A stretch of 64,000 bases of DNA from Desulfatiglandales bacterium (lineage in GTDB: Bacteria > Desulfobacterota > DSM-4660 > Desulfatiglandales > Desulfatiglandaceae), in NCBI GenBank assembly GCA_963662465.1, contig OY759599.1, forward strand, positions 608,001-672,000, read 5' to 3'. Position 1 is the first letter of the stretch. Every line of letters starts with the position of its first letter. The notes under the pieces were generated by a model that was not told where the DNA came from, made no database searches, and worked only from the letters and a program-made list of their open reading frames with translations. The translations under genes and the position numbers were made by a program. Below, piece by piece: positions 1 through 11,075 of this stretch.

Positions 1-2
1 CG

Positions 3-2708
3 GCACAACTTTTAGAAATATTCACGCCCAAATCTCCTGAACGGGTTTATTTCTTTACTCTCCATAATCTGTTTCAGGAATCCATTGAAGACCTGGATGA
101 AGAAAAGATCATCAAAACCCGCACGGGAATCAAGGAAACCGAAGTTTGGAAAAGACTCTACCGATTTCAACGGGACGGTGTTCTGGGCGCCATTGACAAA
201 ATCGAAAAATATAATGGTTGTGTTCTGGCCGACAGCGTGGGACTCGGAAAAACGTTTGAGGCCCTGGCCATCATCAAATACTACGAATTGCGCAATGATC
301 GTGTTCTGGTACTTTGCCCCAAGAAAATTCGGGAAAACTGGACCATTTTTACGGTTAACGACAAGCGCAATCTTTTCGCGGATGACCGGTTTAACTACGA
401 TGTCCTCAACCACACTGACCTAACACGGCTGAAAGGGTACTCCGGTGAGTTGAACCTGGAAACACTTAACTTGGGCAACTACGATCTGGTGGTCATTGAC
501 GAATCCCACAATTTTCGTAACAACCCGCCTCGGAAAGACGGAATGACACGCTACTCCCGATTGATGCGGGATATCATCAAAACCGGTGTTAAAACAAAGG
601 TTCTCATGCTGTCAGCCACCCCGGTGAACAGCCGAATGAACGATTTAAAAAACCAGGTTGCCTTCATTACCGAAGGCATTGATGATGCCCTGGCGGGTTC
701 GGGACTCATCAGCATTGAGCAAACCCTCAAGAAGGCCCAGACCCGTTTCAATCGGTGGCTGAATCTTTCTGAGGCCAGGCGAACCACGGAATCTTTGCTT
801 GAAAGCCTCAATTTTGATTATTTTAAGCTCCTGGACCTCCTCACCATTGCCCGTTCACGGAAACACATCCAGAAATATTACGACATGGCTGAAATCGGAG
901 ACTTCCCGGAACGGGCCAGGCCCATCAACATCAAGGCGGACATCGATACTGAAAACCTTTTTCCACCGCTTAAGGAAATCAACCGGGACATTCGGCGGTT
1001 GAACCTCAGTGCGTATGCGCCGCTTAAGTATGTGCTTGCGGAAAAACTGACGGAATACAGCAGAAAATACGACATGCAGGTGGCGGGAGGTTCTGTTTTC
1101 AAACAGATTGACCGTGAAGAAAGCCTCATCCACCTCATACGCGTCAACCTCCTCAAGCGAATGGAAAGTTCCATCAGCAGTTTTGCCCGGACCCTGGAAA
1201 AATTGCTTCAGGGTGTGCAACACATCATCACCCGAATTGATTCCCATGAGGACATGGACCTTGAGGAATTGAACATCGAAGAGATAGAAATCGATTCCGA
1301 AGAATTTGAGCCCTTCCTCATCGGAAATAAAATCAAGGTGCTGATTCAGGATGTGGATTGTATCCGGTGGAAACAGGAACTGAAAGAGGATGAGGAACGG
1401 CTGGTTAAGATGCTGTGCCAGGCCCGTGAAGTAACGCCTGTAAGAGATGAGAAGCTCCGCAGGCTTCAGGAAATCATTTCCGAAAAAGCGACATCTCCCC
1501 GCAATCCCGGCAACCTGAAGGTAATGATATTTACGGCCTTCGCACATACCGCGGAATACTTATACTCCCATCTGGCCCAGTGGGCGCAACAGGACCTTGG
1601 AGTGCATTCCGCCATGGTCACCGGCGGTTCGGGAGGGAATAAAACCAACCTGCCGGGCATTCGAAAGGATATGGCATCCATAATCACGTCTTTTTCACCC
1701 ATATCCAAGGATCGAAAAAAAGTCGATCCCTCCCTTGAGGAAGAAATCGATATCCTGATTGCGACGGACTGCATTTCCGAAGGCCAGAATCTTCAGGACT
1801 GCGATTACCTGGTCAATTATGATATCCACTGGAACCCGGTCAGGATCATCCAGCGCTTCGGCCGAATCGACCGGCTGGGATCGATCAACACCACCATTCA
1901 ACTGGTCAATTTCTGGCCCAACATGGAACTTGACGAATACATCAATTTGGAAGCCAGGGTTTCAGGGCGAATGGTTCTGTTGGATATTTCCGCCACAGGT
2001 GAGGAAAACATCATTGAATTTTCCGATGCGGGGAAAATGAACGATCTGGAATACCGCCGCAGGCAACTGGAGCGGCTCCAAAATGAAGTGGTGGACATTG
2101 AAGACCTTGGTGGCGGTATCTCCATTACCGATCTGACGCTCAATGACTTTCGTATGGATTTATCCAATTACATTAAGGAGTCCCAGAAACGGTTTGATCA
2201 AACGGCGCTGGGCGCTTTTTCGGTAACCGACGGAGACAGTTTGCTGAACAATGAAATCGATCCAAGCGTACTCTTTTGCCTCAAGAGCGTCAATCCGAAA
2301 GTCCAGACCGAAGACAGCTATGCCCTTTCACCCCACTATCTGGTACATGTGTCTGAAAACGGAGAAATCCTCTTGAATATTTCCCAGGCAAAAAAAGCCA
2401 TGGACCTTTGGAAAAAGCTTTCCCTTGGCTGGGAAAACCCCGACCCGAAAGCCTTCCAGCGCTTCAACGTCGCCACTAGAAACGGTGCCGATATGAGCCT
2501 GTACCAGGATTTGCTGTCCCGAGCGGTGTCGGCTATCACCGGCAAAGCCGAAGAAAAAGGGGTTGAAAGCCTGTTTCATCGTGGGGGGACAGCATTGACC
2601 AAAGGCACTTTCAGGGGCATGAATGACTTTGAAGTGATCTCCTATCTGGCGATTCAATCCAAAGGAAGCTTCGTGGTGAAAAAAATCTGGGCTATCAGGT
2701 TCAACTGA
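3..2708 (+). CDS. SNF2-like SF2 helicase of type III RM-associated loci (5' end outside window)
   Basis: Frame is open from position 3 (…WKRLYRFQRDGV…CVLADSVGLGKT); motifs VVIDESH, SATP, ISEGQNLQ, QRFGRIDR. Confidence 0.88.
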   Translation, partial: AQLLEIFTPKSPERVYFFTLHNLFQESIEDLDEEKIIKTRTGIKETEVWKRLYRFQRDGVLGAIDKIEKYNGCVLADSVGLGKTFEALAIIKYYELRNDRVLVLCPKKIRENWTIFTVNDKRNLFADDRFNYDVLNHTDLTRLKGYSGELNLETLNLGNYDLVVIDESHNFRNNPPRKDGMTRYSRLMRDIIKTGVKTKVLMLSATPVNSRMNDLKNQVAFITEGIDDALAGSGLISIEQTLKKAQTRFNRWLNLSEARRTTESLLESLNFDYFKLLDLLTIARSRKHIQKYYDMAEIGDFPERARPINIKADIDTENLFPPLKEINRDIRRLNLSAYAPLKYVLAEKLTEYSRKYDMQVAGGSVFKQIDREESLIHLIRVNLLKRMESSISSFARTLEKLLQGVQHIITRIDSHEDMDLEELNIEEIEIDSEEFEPFLIGNKIKVLIQDVDCIRWKQELKEDEERLVKMLCQAREVTPVRDEKLRRLQEIISEKATSPRNPGNLKVMIFTAFAHTAEYLYSHLAQWAQQDLGVHSAMVTGGSGGNKTNLPGIRKDMASIITSFSPISKDRKKVDPSLEEEIDILIATDCISEGQNLQDCDYLVNYDIHWNPVRIIQRFGRIDRLGSINTTIQLVNFWPNMELDEYINLEARVSGRMVLLDISATGEENIIEFSDAGKMNDLEYRRRQLERLQNEVVDIEDLGGGISITDLTLNDFRMDLSNYIKESQKRFDQTALGAFSVTDGDSLLNNEIDPSVLFCLKSVNPKVQTEDSYALSPHYLVHVSENGEILLNISQAKKAMDLWKKLSLGWENPDPKAFQRFNVATRNGADMSLYQDLLSRAVSAITGKAEEKGVESLFHRGGTALTKGTFRGMNDFEVISYLAIQSKGSFVVKKIWAIRFN

Positions 2709-2788
2709 ACACCCAGAGAAAACACGCACGGGACCGCATTGAGGTCCTTAAAAGCCGGTTGTGATGGAAAACCAAATAGAGGGTTGGA

Positions 2789-4423
2789 ATGACGATTGAG
2801 GAATTAGAAAAAATTATGGCTTCCAAAGAAGGGGAACATCTGGAATTCAAGGAAGCCAAAACCAGATTCCACTTTGAAGACCTTGGGAAATACTGCACAG
2901 CCCTAGCCAACGAAGGCGGGGGGGAAATGGTTTTCGGGGTTACTGACAAACGGCCCCGGCGCGTTGTCGGTTCCAAGGCTTTCCAGCAGCCGGAACGGAC
3001 TCGTGCGAGCCTCATGGAGCAGTTGCATCTTCGCGTCGACTTCAGCATTGTCCATCACCCCAATGGCCGGGTGTTGATTTTTCATGTCCCCACACGACCC
3101 ATCGGCAATCCGGTAAAATACAAGGGCGTTTACTGGGAACGGTCCGGCGACAGCCTGGTCCCCATGGCAGATGACAGGCTTCGTACTGTTTTTGCGGAGG
3201 CGGGGCATGATTTTTCGGCGGATATCTGTACCCCCGCAACGCTGGATGATCTGGACCCGTTGGCCATAGCGGATTTTCGCGCCCGGTGGATTCGCAAATC
3301 CGGCAATCAGAGTCTCGAAACCCTTACCCCGGAACAGCTTCTGACCGATGCCGAAGCCCTGATGGATGGCAAAGTCACCTATGCGGCCTTTGTTTTGTTC
3401 GGCACCCGCAAGGCCCTTGGGCGACATCTGGCTCAAGCCGAGGTGATCTTTGAATACCGTTCATCCGACGTATCGGGTCCGCCCCAGAAGAGAGTCGAAT
3501 TTCGACAGGGGTTTTTCAGTTTTTATGATGAGTTGTGGGAGTTGATCAATCTCAGAAATGATACCCAGCATTTTCAGTCCGGCCTGTTTGTCCTGGATAT
3601 TTTTACCTTCTCGGAGCGGGTTGTCCGTGAAGCCATTTTGAATGCCATCAGCCATCGGGATTATCTGCATGGCGGCAATATCTTCATTCGGCAGTATCCT
3701 CGAAGGCTAACCATCGAAAGCCCCGGGGGATTTCCCCTGGGCATTACCCCGGGTAATATCCTGGATCGACAGTTGCCCCGCAACCGGCGCATTGCTGATA
3801 TTTTTGCCAAATGCGGCCTGGTGGAGCGCTCCGGCCAGGGCATGAACCTGATGTTTGAATTGAGCATTAAGGAAAGCAAACAGACCCCTGATTTCACCGG
3901 GACTGACCCCTACCAGGTGTTTCTTCACCTGAATGGTGAAGTGCAGGACCCCCACTTTCTCCAATTTCTTGAAAAGGTAGGTCAGGAGACCATAGCGCTT
4001 TTCAGCACCGCTGATTTCCTGCTGCTGGACCATATCAATCGGGAACAGAAGGTGCCGGATCACCTGAAGCACAGGCTGCCGTCCCTGGTAGACAAGGGGG
4101 TCATTGAGCGACATGGCCGGGGTCGGGGCGTCAAGTATATTCTCAGTCGCCGGTATTACGAAATGGTTGGCGAGGAAGGGGTTTACACCCGGCGAAAAGG
4201 GTTGGATCGTGAAGCCAACAAGACCCTGCTGCTGAAACATATCGTCCGAAACAGGAACAAAGGGAGTGGTTTAAAAGAATTTGTTCAGGTGCTTCCCTTT
4301 CTGTCGAAAAATCAGATTCAAAAGCTGGTTGCCGAACTAAAAAAAGAAGGGGAAATCTATAAAACCGGAGTGACAAAGAGCGCCCGTTGGTATCCCGCGG
4401 AGACCGAAATTATTACGCCGTAA
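2789..4423 (+). CDS. Schlafen/AlbA_2 domain + HATPase_c_4 + winged-HTH protein
   Basis: N-terminal EGEHLEFKEA…ALANEGGG.MVFGV.D (AlbA_2); REAILNAISHRDY, ESPGGFP, PRNRRIA, VERSGQGM (HATPase_c_4); C-terminal HTH-like segments. Confidence 0.85.
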   Translation: MTIEELEKIMASKEGEHLEFKEAKTRFHFEDLGKYCTALANEGGGEMVFGVTDKRPRRVVGSKAFQQPERTRASLMEQLHLRVDFSIVHHPNGRVLIFHVPTRPIGNPVKYKGVYWERSGDSLVPMADDRLRTVFAEAGHDFSADICTPATLDDLDPLAIADFRARWIRKSGNQSLETLTPEQLLTDAEALMDGKVTYAAFVLFGTRKALGRHLAQAEVIFEYRSSDVSGPPQKRVEFRQGFFSFYDELWELINLRNDTQHFQSGLFVLDIFTFSERVVREAILNAISHRDYLHGGNIFIRQYPRRLTIESPGGFPLGITPGNILDRQLPRNRRIADIFAKCGLVERSGQGMNLMFELSIKESKQTPDFTGTDPYQVFLHLNGEVQDPHFLQFLEKVGQETIALFSTADFLLLDHINREQKVPDHLKHRLPSLVDKGVIERHGRGRGVKYILSRRYYEMVGEEGVYTRRKGLDREANKTLLLKHIVRNRNKGSGLKEFVQVLPFLSKNQIQKLVAELKKEGEIYKTGVTKSARWYPAETEIITP

Positions 4424-4573
4424 AAAGGCATTTGGCGCAATCATGGCGCAATTGAATTCACATAACCATATGATAACAAAACAAGTAATTACGCGCCCAT
4501 TACAGTGGCAATGCCTAATTGCGCAATAAAATGATGTAATAGGAAATGCAATAGCCCTAAACCGGAGACTGAA

Positions 4574-6442
4574 ATGAAGGAAATAACGGAACAGGACGGA
4601 AAAAGTCTCGACCTGATCGAAGAAAACCTGAAAGTCCTCAAAACCTTTTTCCCTGAAGCCTTTACCGAAGACGGGATCGATTTTGAAATACTCAAACAAC
4701 TGCTGGGGGATTCTGTGGCTGAAGGTGATGAAAAGTATGGACTTACCTGGTACGGCAAGAAGAAGGCCCGCCAGATTGCCCTAACCCCTTCACTGGGAAC
4801 ACTCCGCCCCTGCCCGGAAGAAAGCGTGGACTGGGATACCACTCAAAACCTGTTTATCGAAGGCGACAACCTGGAAGCGCTGAAACTCCTGCAAAAAAGC
4901 TACGCCAACAAGGTCAAGATGATCTATATCGATCCGCCTTACAACACGGGAAAGGAGTTTATTTATCCGGATAGATTTCAAGACAATTTAGATACTTATC
5001 TTCGATATACCGGACAAAAGGGAGATGAAGATTTAAAAACATCCTCTAATGCTGAAAGTTCAGGACGGTATCATACCAACTGGCTAAATATGATGTATCC
5101 GAGATTGAAATTGGCGAGGAACCTTCTTCGGGATGATGGTGTTATCTTTGTGACAATTGACGATTGTGAGGTAGCTAATCTGCGAAGGATCTGCGATGAA
5201 ATTTTCGGTCAGGAAAACTTTGTTACAAGTGTTGTATGGCAAAAAAAGGTATCCCCATCTAATGATGCCACTTGGTTTAGTAGTGATCATGATCATATCT
5301 TAACTTATGCGAAAAACAAAATGATTTGGCGACCAAATCGACTTCCAATGAATAAAAGGCAAAAGGGTTACTATACGAATCCAGATAACGATCATCGCGG
5401 ACCGTGGAATTCTGCAACATACACATGCAACAAAAACAAAGAAGAACGTCCAAATCTTTATTATCCATTAATTAATCCAAATACTGGATCTGAAGTTTGG
5501 CCAAAAGAAACAGCAGTTTGGGCATATTCTAGAGATATGAGTAAATTACATGCAGAGGAAGGTATTATATATTGGGGTAAAGATGGAAAAAGTAATTCAC
5601 CACGTATGAAAAATTTTCTAACCGAGGCAAAAGGAGTAGTGCCTCGTACGGTCTGGCTTTACACGGATGTAGGTCATACACAGGAAGCAACAAAGATTCT
5701 TAAGGAGTTGGTCAATGATATAAAATTTGAGACCCCAAAGCCTCTTAGGCTTATTCAGCATATGTTAAAAATCGTTTCTAAGGTAGGTGAAAATGACATC
5801 ATTTTGGACTTTTTTGCCGGTTCATGTTCGACTGCGCACGCAATAATGGAATTGAATGTAATATCGGGTGCGAATCGACGTTATATTATGGTGCAACTTC
5901 CTGAACCAGTTGTACACACGAATTACAATAGCATCGCCGATATTGGCAAAGAACGTATTCGCCGGGCCGCAGCAAAGATCAAAGAGAAAAACCCAGATTA
6001 CAAAGGGGACCTCGGTTTTAAGGTCTTCAAACTGGACAGCAGCAACATTCGCGCATGGAACCCGGACCGAAGCGACATCCATCAAACGCTTATCGACCAT
6101 ATGGAGCATCTGGTGGAAGGCCGGAGCGAACAGGATGTGCTGTACGAACTCCTGTTGAAACGGGGGGTTGATCTGACGGTCCCCATCGAAGAGAAAACCA
6201 TAATAGGGAAAACCGTTTACAGTATCGCTTACGGGGTTTTGTTTACCTGTCTGGATAAGGCCATCCACCGGAATGAAATCGAGAAGCTGGCCCAGGGGAT
6301 TATCGACTGGCACAGGGCGCTTGAGCCCGCCGGGGATACCCAGGTGGTGTTTCGGGACAGCGCTTTTGAAAATGATGTTGCCAAGACGAACATGACAGCC
6401 ATTTTGGAGCAGTACGGTATTGCCCACGTGCGAAGCCTTTAG
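4574..6442 (+). CDS. mod: Type III restriction-modification adenine methyltransferase (Mod)
   Basis: IEGDNL, IYIDPPYNTG catalytic motif, DFFAGS SAM-binding motif, TPKP; directly upstream of res. Confidence 0.95.
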   Translation: MKEITEQDGKSLDLIEENLKVLKTFFPEAFTEDGIDFEILKQLLGDSVAEGDEKYGLTWYGKKKARQIALTPSLGTLRPCPEESVDWDTTQNLFIEGDNLEALKLLQKSYANKVKMIYIDPPYNTGKEFIYPDRFQDNLDTYLRYTGQKGDEDLKTSSNAESSGRYHTNWLNMMYPRLKLARNLLRDDGVIFVTIDDCEVANLRRICDEIFGQENFVTSVVWQKKVSPSNDATWFSSDHDHILTYAKNKMIWRPNRLPMNKRQKGYYTNPDNDHRGPWNSATYTCNKNKEERPNLYYPLINPNTGSEVWPKETAVWAYSRDMSKLHAEEGIIYWGKDGKSNSPRMKNFLTEAKGVVPRTVWLYTDVGHTQEATKILKELVNDIKFETPKPLRLIQHMLKIVSKVGENDIILDFFAGSCSTAHAIMELNVISGANRRYIMVQLPEPVVHTNYNSIADIGKERIRRAAAKIKEKNPDYKGDLGFKVFKLDSSNIRAWNPDRSDIHQTLIDHMEHLVEGRSEQDVLYELLLKRGVDLTVPIEEKTIIGKTVYSIAYGVLFTCLDKAIHRNEIEKLAQGIIDWHRALEPAGDTQVVFRDSAFENDVAKTNMTAILEQYGIAHVRSL

Positions 6443-6454
6443 GAAAAATCAAAA

Positions 6455-9445
6455 ATGAAACTTCACTTTGAGGACAATCTCGAATACCAGAAGACAGCCG
6501 TTCTGGCCGTGGCCGATCTCTTCTCCGGCCAAGACATCAACCGCACGGAATTTACCGTATCCAAGGCATCGGACTCGACGGGGCAGATCAAGATACCGGG
6601 CATGGAAGAATCAGACCTGGGCATCGGCAACCGTCTGCAACTGCTGGATGATGAAATTCTGGAAAACCTTCAGGACATCCAGCTCAAAAATGGACTGAGT
6701 CCTTCAAATGCGTTGGCCAGTGGGGATTTTACCATTGAAATGGAAACCGGGACCGGTAAAACCTATGTTTATCTGCGTACCATCTTTGAGTTGAACAAGC
6801 GGTACGGTTTTACCAAGTTCATGATCGTGGTCCCCTCCATCGCCATCAAGGAAGGGGTTTACAAGACCCTTCAAATTACCCAGGAGCATTTTGAAAACCT
6901 TTATCCCAACGCCAAAGGGTATGAATATTTCCTATATGATTCCAGCAAACTCGGTCAGGTGAGAAACTATGCCACCAGTCCGAATATCCAGATCATGGTG
7001 GTGACCGTAGGCGCCATCAACAAAAAGGATGTAAACAACCTGTACAAGGACAGCGAAAAGACCGGCGGAGAAAAACCCATTGATCTGGTGCGGGCTACCC
7101 GACCCTTTATTATTGTGGATGAACCTCAAAGCGTGGATGGCGGCCTCAAAGGCCAGGGCAAAAAGGCCCTGGAAAAAATGAATCCCCTCTGCACCTTGCG
7201 GTATTCGGCCACCCATGCGGACAAACACCACATGCTTTACCGCCTGGATGCCGTGGACGCTTATGAACGGGAGCTGGTGAAACAGATTGAAGTGGCTTCC
7301 CTTGAAGTCGAAGGCGCCCACAACAAGGCATATGTAAAGCTTATTTCCACCCACAATAAGCGGGGGTCCATTACGGCAAAAGTTGAAATCGATGTGGCCC
7401 GGGGCGGTAAGGTCAGGCGTGAAGTGATGACCGTGGAAGACGGAGATGACCTGGAGCAGGAAACGGGCAGGGGAATTTATGAAAACTGCCGCATCGGCAC
7501 CATTACCTGCGGGAAGAACACCGAATCCGTGGAAATCAACGTGCCGGGGGGTGAGTATACCCTCCACCCCGGAGAAGAAGTGGGCGGTGTCAACCCGGAC
7601 GATATAAAACGCCTCATGATCCGCCGCACCATCAAAGAGCATCTGGACAAGGAAATGCGCTTCATGGCCCAGAAGCGCGAAGTCAAGGTGTTGAGCCTGT
7701 TTTTCATCGACAGCGTAAAATATTATCGCCAGTATGATGAAACGAGAAACGAGATCAAGGGAAAATATGCCCTGATGTTTGAAGAGGAATACAAAAAACT
7801 GGCCAAGCAACCGGACTACCAGACCCTTTTTCAACAGATCGATCTGGATATGGACGTGGGACAAATCCATAACGGGTACTTTTCCATTGACAAAAAGGGC
7901 GGCTGGACAGAGACCGCCGAAAACAACCAGGCCAACCGCGACAACGCGGAACGTGCCTACAATTTGATCATGAAGGAGAAGGAAACGCTTTTGAGCTTTG
8001 ATTCCAAGCTGAAGTTTATCTTCTCCCACTCCGCCCTGCGGGAAGGCTGGGACAATCCGAATGTCTTTCAAATATGCGCGCTTCGTAACATGGGAACCGA
8101 AAGGGAACGCCGCCAGACCATCGGCCGGGGCTTAAGGCTCTGTGTCAATCAGGAGGGACAGCGCCTGCGGGGATTTGATGTAAACACCCTGACAGTGATC
8201 GCCACCGAAAGCTACCAGCAGTTTGCGGACAACCTTCAAAAGGAGATTGAAAAAGATACGGGTATTCGGTTTGGCATTGTTGAAAAACACCAGTTCGCTT
8301 CTCTCGTCACGACAGATGATAAAGGTGACAAACAACTTCTGGGGGTCGAAAAATCGAAGCAAATCTGGGATTTCTTATGCAAAAACGGCTTTGTGGACAA
8401 AAACGGGAAGGTGCAGGACACACTCCGAACAGCCCTCAAGGAAGACAAATTGAAACTCCCTTGGGAATTTTCCAATGAGGCCAAAGGCATCAAAGAGATT
8501 CTGCGAAAGCTGGCCGGAAAACTGGACATCAAAAATGCAGATGAACGCATCCCCATCATAACCCGACAGGCGGTTCTCGAAAGCGAAGAATTTAAAGCGT
8601 TATGGGACCGCATCAAGCACAAGACCACTTATCGGTTGTATTTTAACAACGAAAAATTAATCGAGCAAAGCGCCAAAGCCATTCAGGGTGGTCCTTCCGT
8701 CGCTAAAACAAGGGCGCAGTTCCGAAAAGCCGATATCGCCATCGGCAAGGGCGGCGTAATGGCCAGTGAAACCGCCACATCCGGCTTTACGGCCCTTCAG
8801 GAGACGGATATCGAGCTGCCGGACCTGTTGACCGACCTTCAGGACAAAACCTACTTGACGCGAAAAAGTCTGGTAGAAATCCTTATCCAAAGCAGGAGAC
8901 TGAACGATTTTACCCGCAACCCCCAAGAGTTCATCGATCTGGCAGCCCAGGCCATCAACAAAGCCAAACGGCTTGTTCTGGTAGATGGGATACGTTACCA
9001 GCGTATTGGCGACGATTTCTTTTATGCCCAGGAGCTTTTTGAAAAAGAAGAACTGACCGGTTACCTCAAAAACACGCTGAAAACGCAAAAATCCGTTTAT
9101 CAGCATGTGGTGTATGATTCCGCCGGTGTAGAGCGAAGGTTTGCCGAAGACCTGGAGAAAAATGAAGCGGTCAAAGTCTATGCTAAACTGCCCCCATGGT
9201 TTACGATTCCCACACCCCTGGGCAACTACAATCCTGACTGGGCGGTACTGGTCTCAATGGATAGTCAGGAAAAGCTATACTTCGTTGTGGAAACCAAGGG
9301 GAGCATGTGGTGGGATGACCTTCGTCATGTTGAGGGCGCCAAAATAGAATGCGCCAAAAAGCATTTTTCGGAATTGGCGGTGGATGAGCATCCCGCGCAG
9401 TACGTCAAGGCGAAAAGCGTGGATGATATGATGGGATGTGGGTAA
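6455..9445 (+). CDS. res: Type III restriction endonuclease (Res)
   Basis: EMETGTGKT, IIVDEPQ, ALREGWDNPNVFQIC, QTIGRGLRL, C-terminal YNPDWA…VVETKG nuclease motif. Confidence 0.95.
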   Translation: MKLHFEDNLEYQKTAVLAVADLFSGQDINRTEFTVSKASDSTGQIKIPGMEESDLGIGNRLQLLDDEILENLQDIQLKNGLSPSNALASGDFTIEMETGTGKTYVYLRTIFELNKRYGFTKFMIVVPSIAIKEGVYKTLQITQEHFENLYPNAKGYEYFLYDSSKLGQVRNYATSPNIQIMVVTVGAINKKDVNNLYKDSEKTGGEKPIDLVRATRPFIIVDEPQSVDGGLKGQGKKALEKMNPLCTLRYSATHADKHHMLYRLDAVDAYERELVKQIEVASLEVEGAHNKAYVKLISTHNKRGSITAKVEIDVARGGKVRREVMTVEDGDDLEQETGRGIYENCRIGTITCGKNTESVEINVPGGEYTLHPGEEVGGVNPDDIKRLMIRRTIKEHLDKEMRFMAQKREVKVLSLFFIDSVKYYRQYDETRNEIKGKYALMFEEEYKKLAKQPDYQTLFQQIDLDMDVGQIHNGYFSIDKKGGWTETAENNQANRDNAERAYNLIMKEKETLLSFDSKLKFIFSHSALREGWDNPNVFQICALRNMGTERERRQTIGRGLRLCVNQEGQRLRGFDVNTLTVIATESYQQFADNLQKEIEKDTGIRFGIVEKHQFASLVTTDDKGDKQLLGVEKSKQIWDFLCKNGFVDKNGKVQDTLRTALKEDKLKLPWEFSNEAKGIKEILRKLAGKLDIKNADERIPIITRQAVLESEEFKALWDRIKHKTTYRLYFNNEKLIEQSAKAIQGGPSVAKTRAQFRKADIAIGKGGVMASETATSGFTALQETDIELPDLLTDLQDKTYLTRKSLVEILIQSRRLNDFTRNPQEFIDLAAQAINKAKRLVLVDGIRYQRIGDDFFYAQELFEKEELTGYLKNTLKTQKSVYQHVVYDSAGVERRFAEDLEKNEAVKVYAKLPPWFTIPTPLGNYNPDWAVLVSMDSQEKLYFVVETKGSMWWDDLRHVEGAKIECAKKHFSELAVDEHPAQYVKAKSVDDMMGCG

Positions 9446-9907
9446 TTAGGGGTAGGCGGAAGCCGTCCCAACATCCATTCACTGCAACCCTGTGGGATAG
9501 ATATTGCTTTGTTGGCATGAATTCATTAATCTCTTTGACCGAATTCTACTTTCATGCTATTTTTAAATTCCGGCTGCCAGTGCGGAAGCGTGTCGGAAGG
9601 CACGCCGGCGCCCTGAATGAGCGACCGTAATTTTTGCGGTGTCGGGTTTGCAGGACCGGTGGATAGGCGCCTACCCATTGGATCTTGATTGTCTCGCCCC
9701 TGCATTGCACGTGGATCAGGGAGACTTTCAGGGTCTCCCTATTACCGGCGCCGGTCTTGACCGTCGGTGATAGGGTTTTCCCACTTCCGTATCTCAGCAT
9801 CATAACAATGCTGACCGCATTTCCTGCGGAGACCCAGCAATATGGTCGGCCTTTTGGATTTCCACTTTTTCAGCAAAAACGCCTGAAATTGGTGGTAAAA
9901 CTTTTTT

Positions 9908-10915
9908 TCACGTGTAAGAAATTGAAATAACGTAAAGTTTACATAAAATATCACCTGGGTCTTTCCCGTTGACCGGCGGCCAGCGTTTCGAGTTTGGGTA
10001 ATTTTCAGCCCACCAATGCCATGCCTGTTTCGCCCCGGCTAAGTCTGCGTCCAAAGCAACGAGGACGATATCCGCCTGTTTGAGAATTACATTGGTATTC
10101 ACGTCTGGTCTGGCTTGGGCGCTCCCCAACGCAATAGTAGTGATAAAGTCTCCGGCCTCTTGTTCAAGCAGTACGGCATCAAGTTCAGATTCCACAATGA
10201 TCGAAGCCTTGTGGGTTTCATCCCTCCGCAGAATCATAGGTGCTGTGTTACCTCCTGCAACATGGATATATCGCTGGCTGTCCCCAGGGTCTGGTTTGCG
10301 AATTTTGATTTTTACCATTTTCTCCCCTTCTCGGTGGGGAATGACTAGGCCCTTAGGCAACTATATCTTCTTAATTGTTTTGGTATCCCCCTGTTTGTCT
10401 GGCAACCCCCACACCTTTCGCGAAGGGAAGTAGTCCTGCGGATTCCACCCCAAATCGGCATTCCTGATTGTTTTCTGTGTCAAACCCCTTTCATCCATCA
10501 GCCATTCCCGCGCTTGGGAGGACTCCTTTTTCCAAAGATTTTTGGCGGCCCAATCAACGAAAGACTTCCCTTTTGCCTGCCAAATATCTGAGGGTGCATC
10601 CGATGTTTGTGGCTCCCATTTTGGTGTCGCGGAGGCATTTCGGGCGGTGTTTAATGGTCGATAGCGGCACTTTACTTCTTTTGGTTTAATGTTCAGTACA
10701 TCACAGGCTTCAGGGTAAGACATTCCCTTGACGTCTCGAAGATATTGAATTGCGTCTCCTTTTTTTCCACACTGGCGGCACCAATACCGGCCAGTGGGTC
10801 CCTCTTCAGGCTTAATAATGAACCGGTCAATTCCCCCACAAAAAGGGCATGCAGATGAGTATTCATTGGCTGTCTTTCGAGTAGCTTGTTCGTTCAAAAC
10901 GTCTAAAATATTCAT
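9908..10915 (-). pseudogene. Zinc-finger/Toprim primase, interrupted by an in-frame TAG (10361-10363) and truncated near 9950
   Basis: CPFCGGIDRF…WCRQCGKKGDAI zinc ribbon, then KKI*LPKGLVIP in the same frame, then VESELDA…ALDADLAG Toprim motif and KDPGD. Confidence 0.8.
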
Positions 10916-10967
10916 GACAAAACCGTATGTTCTTATATATGGCTAAATATGATTCGTTTTATGCGCT

Positions 10968-11073
10968 GTGCAGGAGGTGCAGGGTTTGCAAGGTTTTGCC
11001 TACAGTTTGCTATGGTGGAAAAATAAGCTTTCTCATAGGGTTTATCTGTGTAATAACCCTGCACACCCTGCAT
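10968..11073. repeat. Iteron-like direct and inverted GTGCAGG repeats, putative replication origin
   Basis: gtgcaggaggtgcagggtttgcaagg … accctgcacaccctgca around an AT-rich spacer, immediately after the D5/P4 primase-helicase stop. Confidence 0.45.
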
Positions 11074-11075
11074 AT

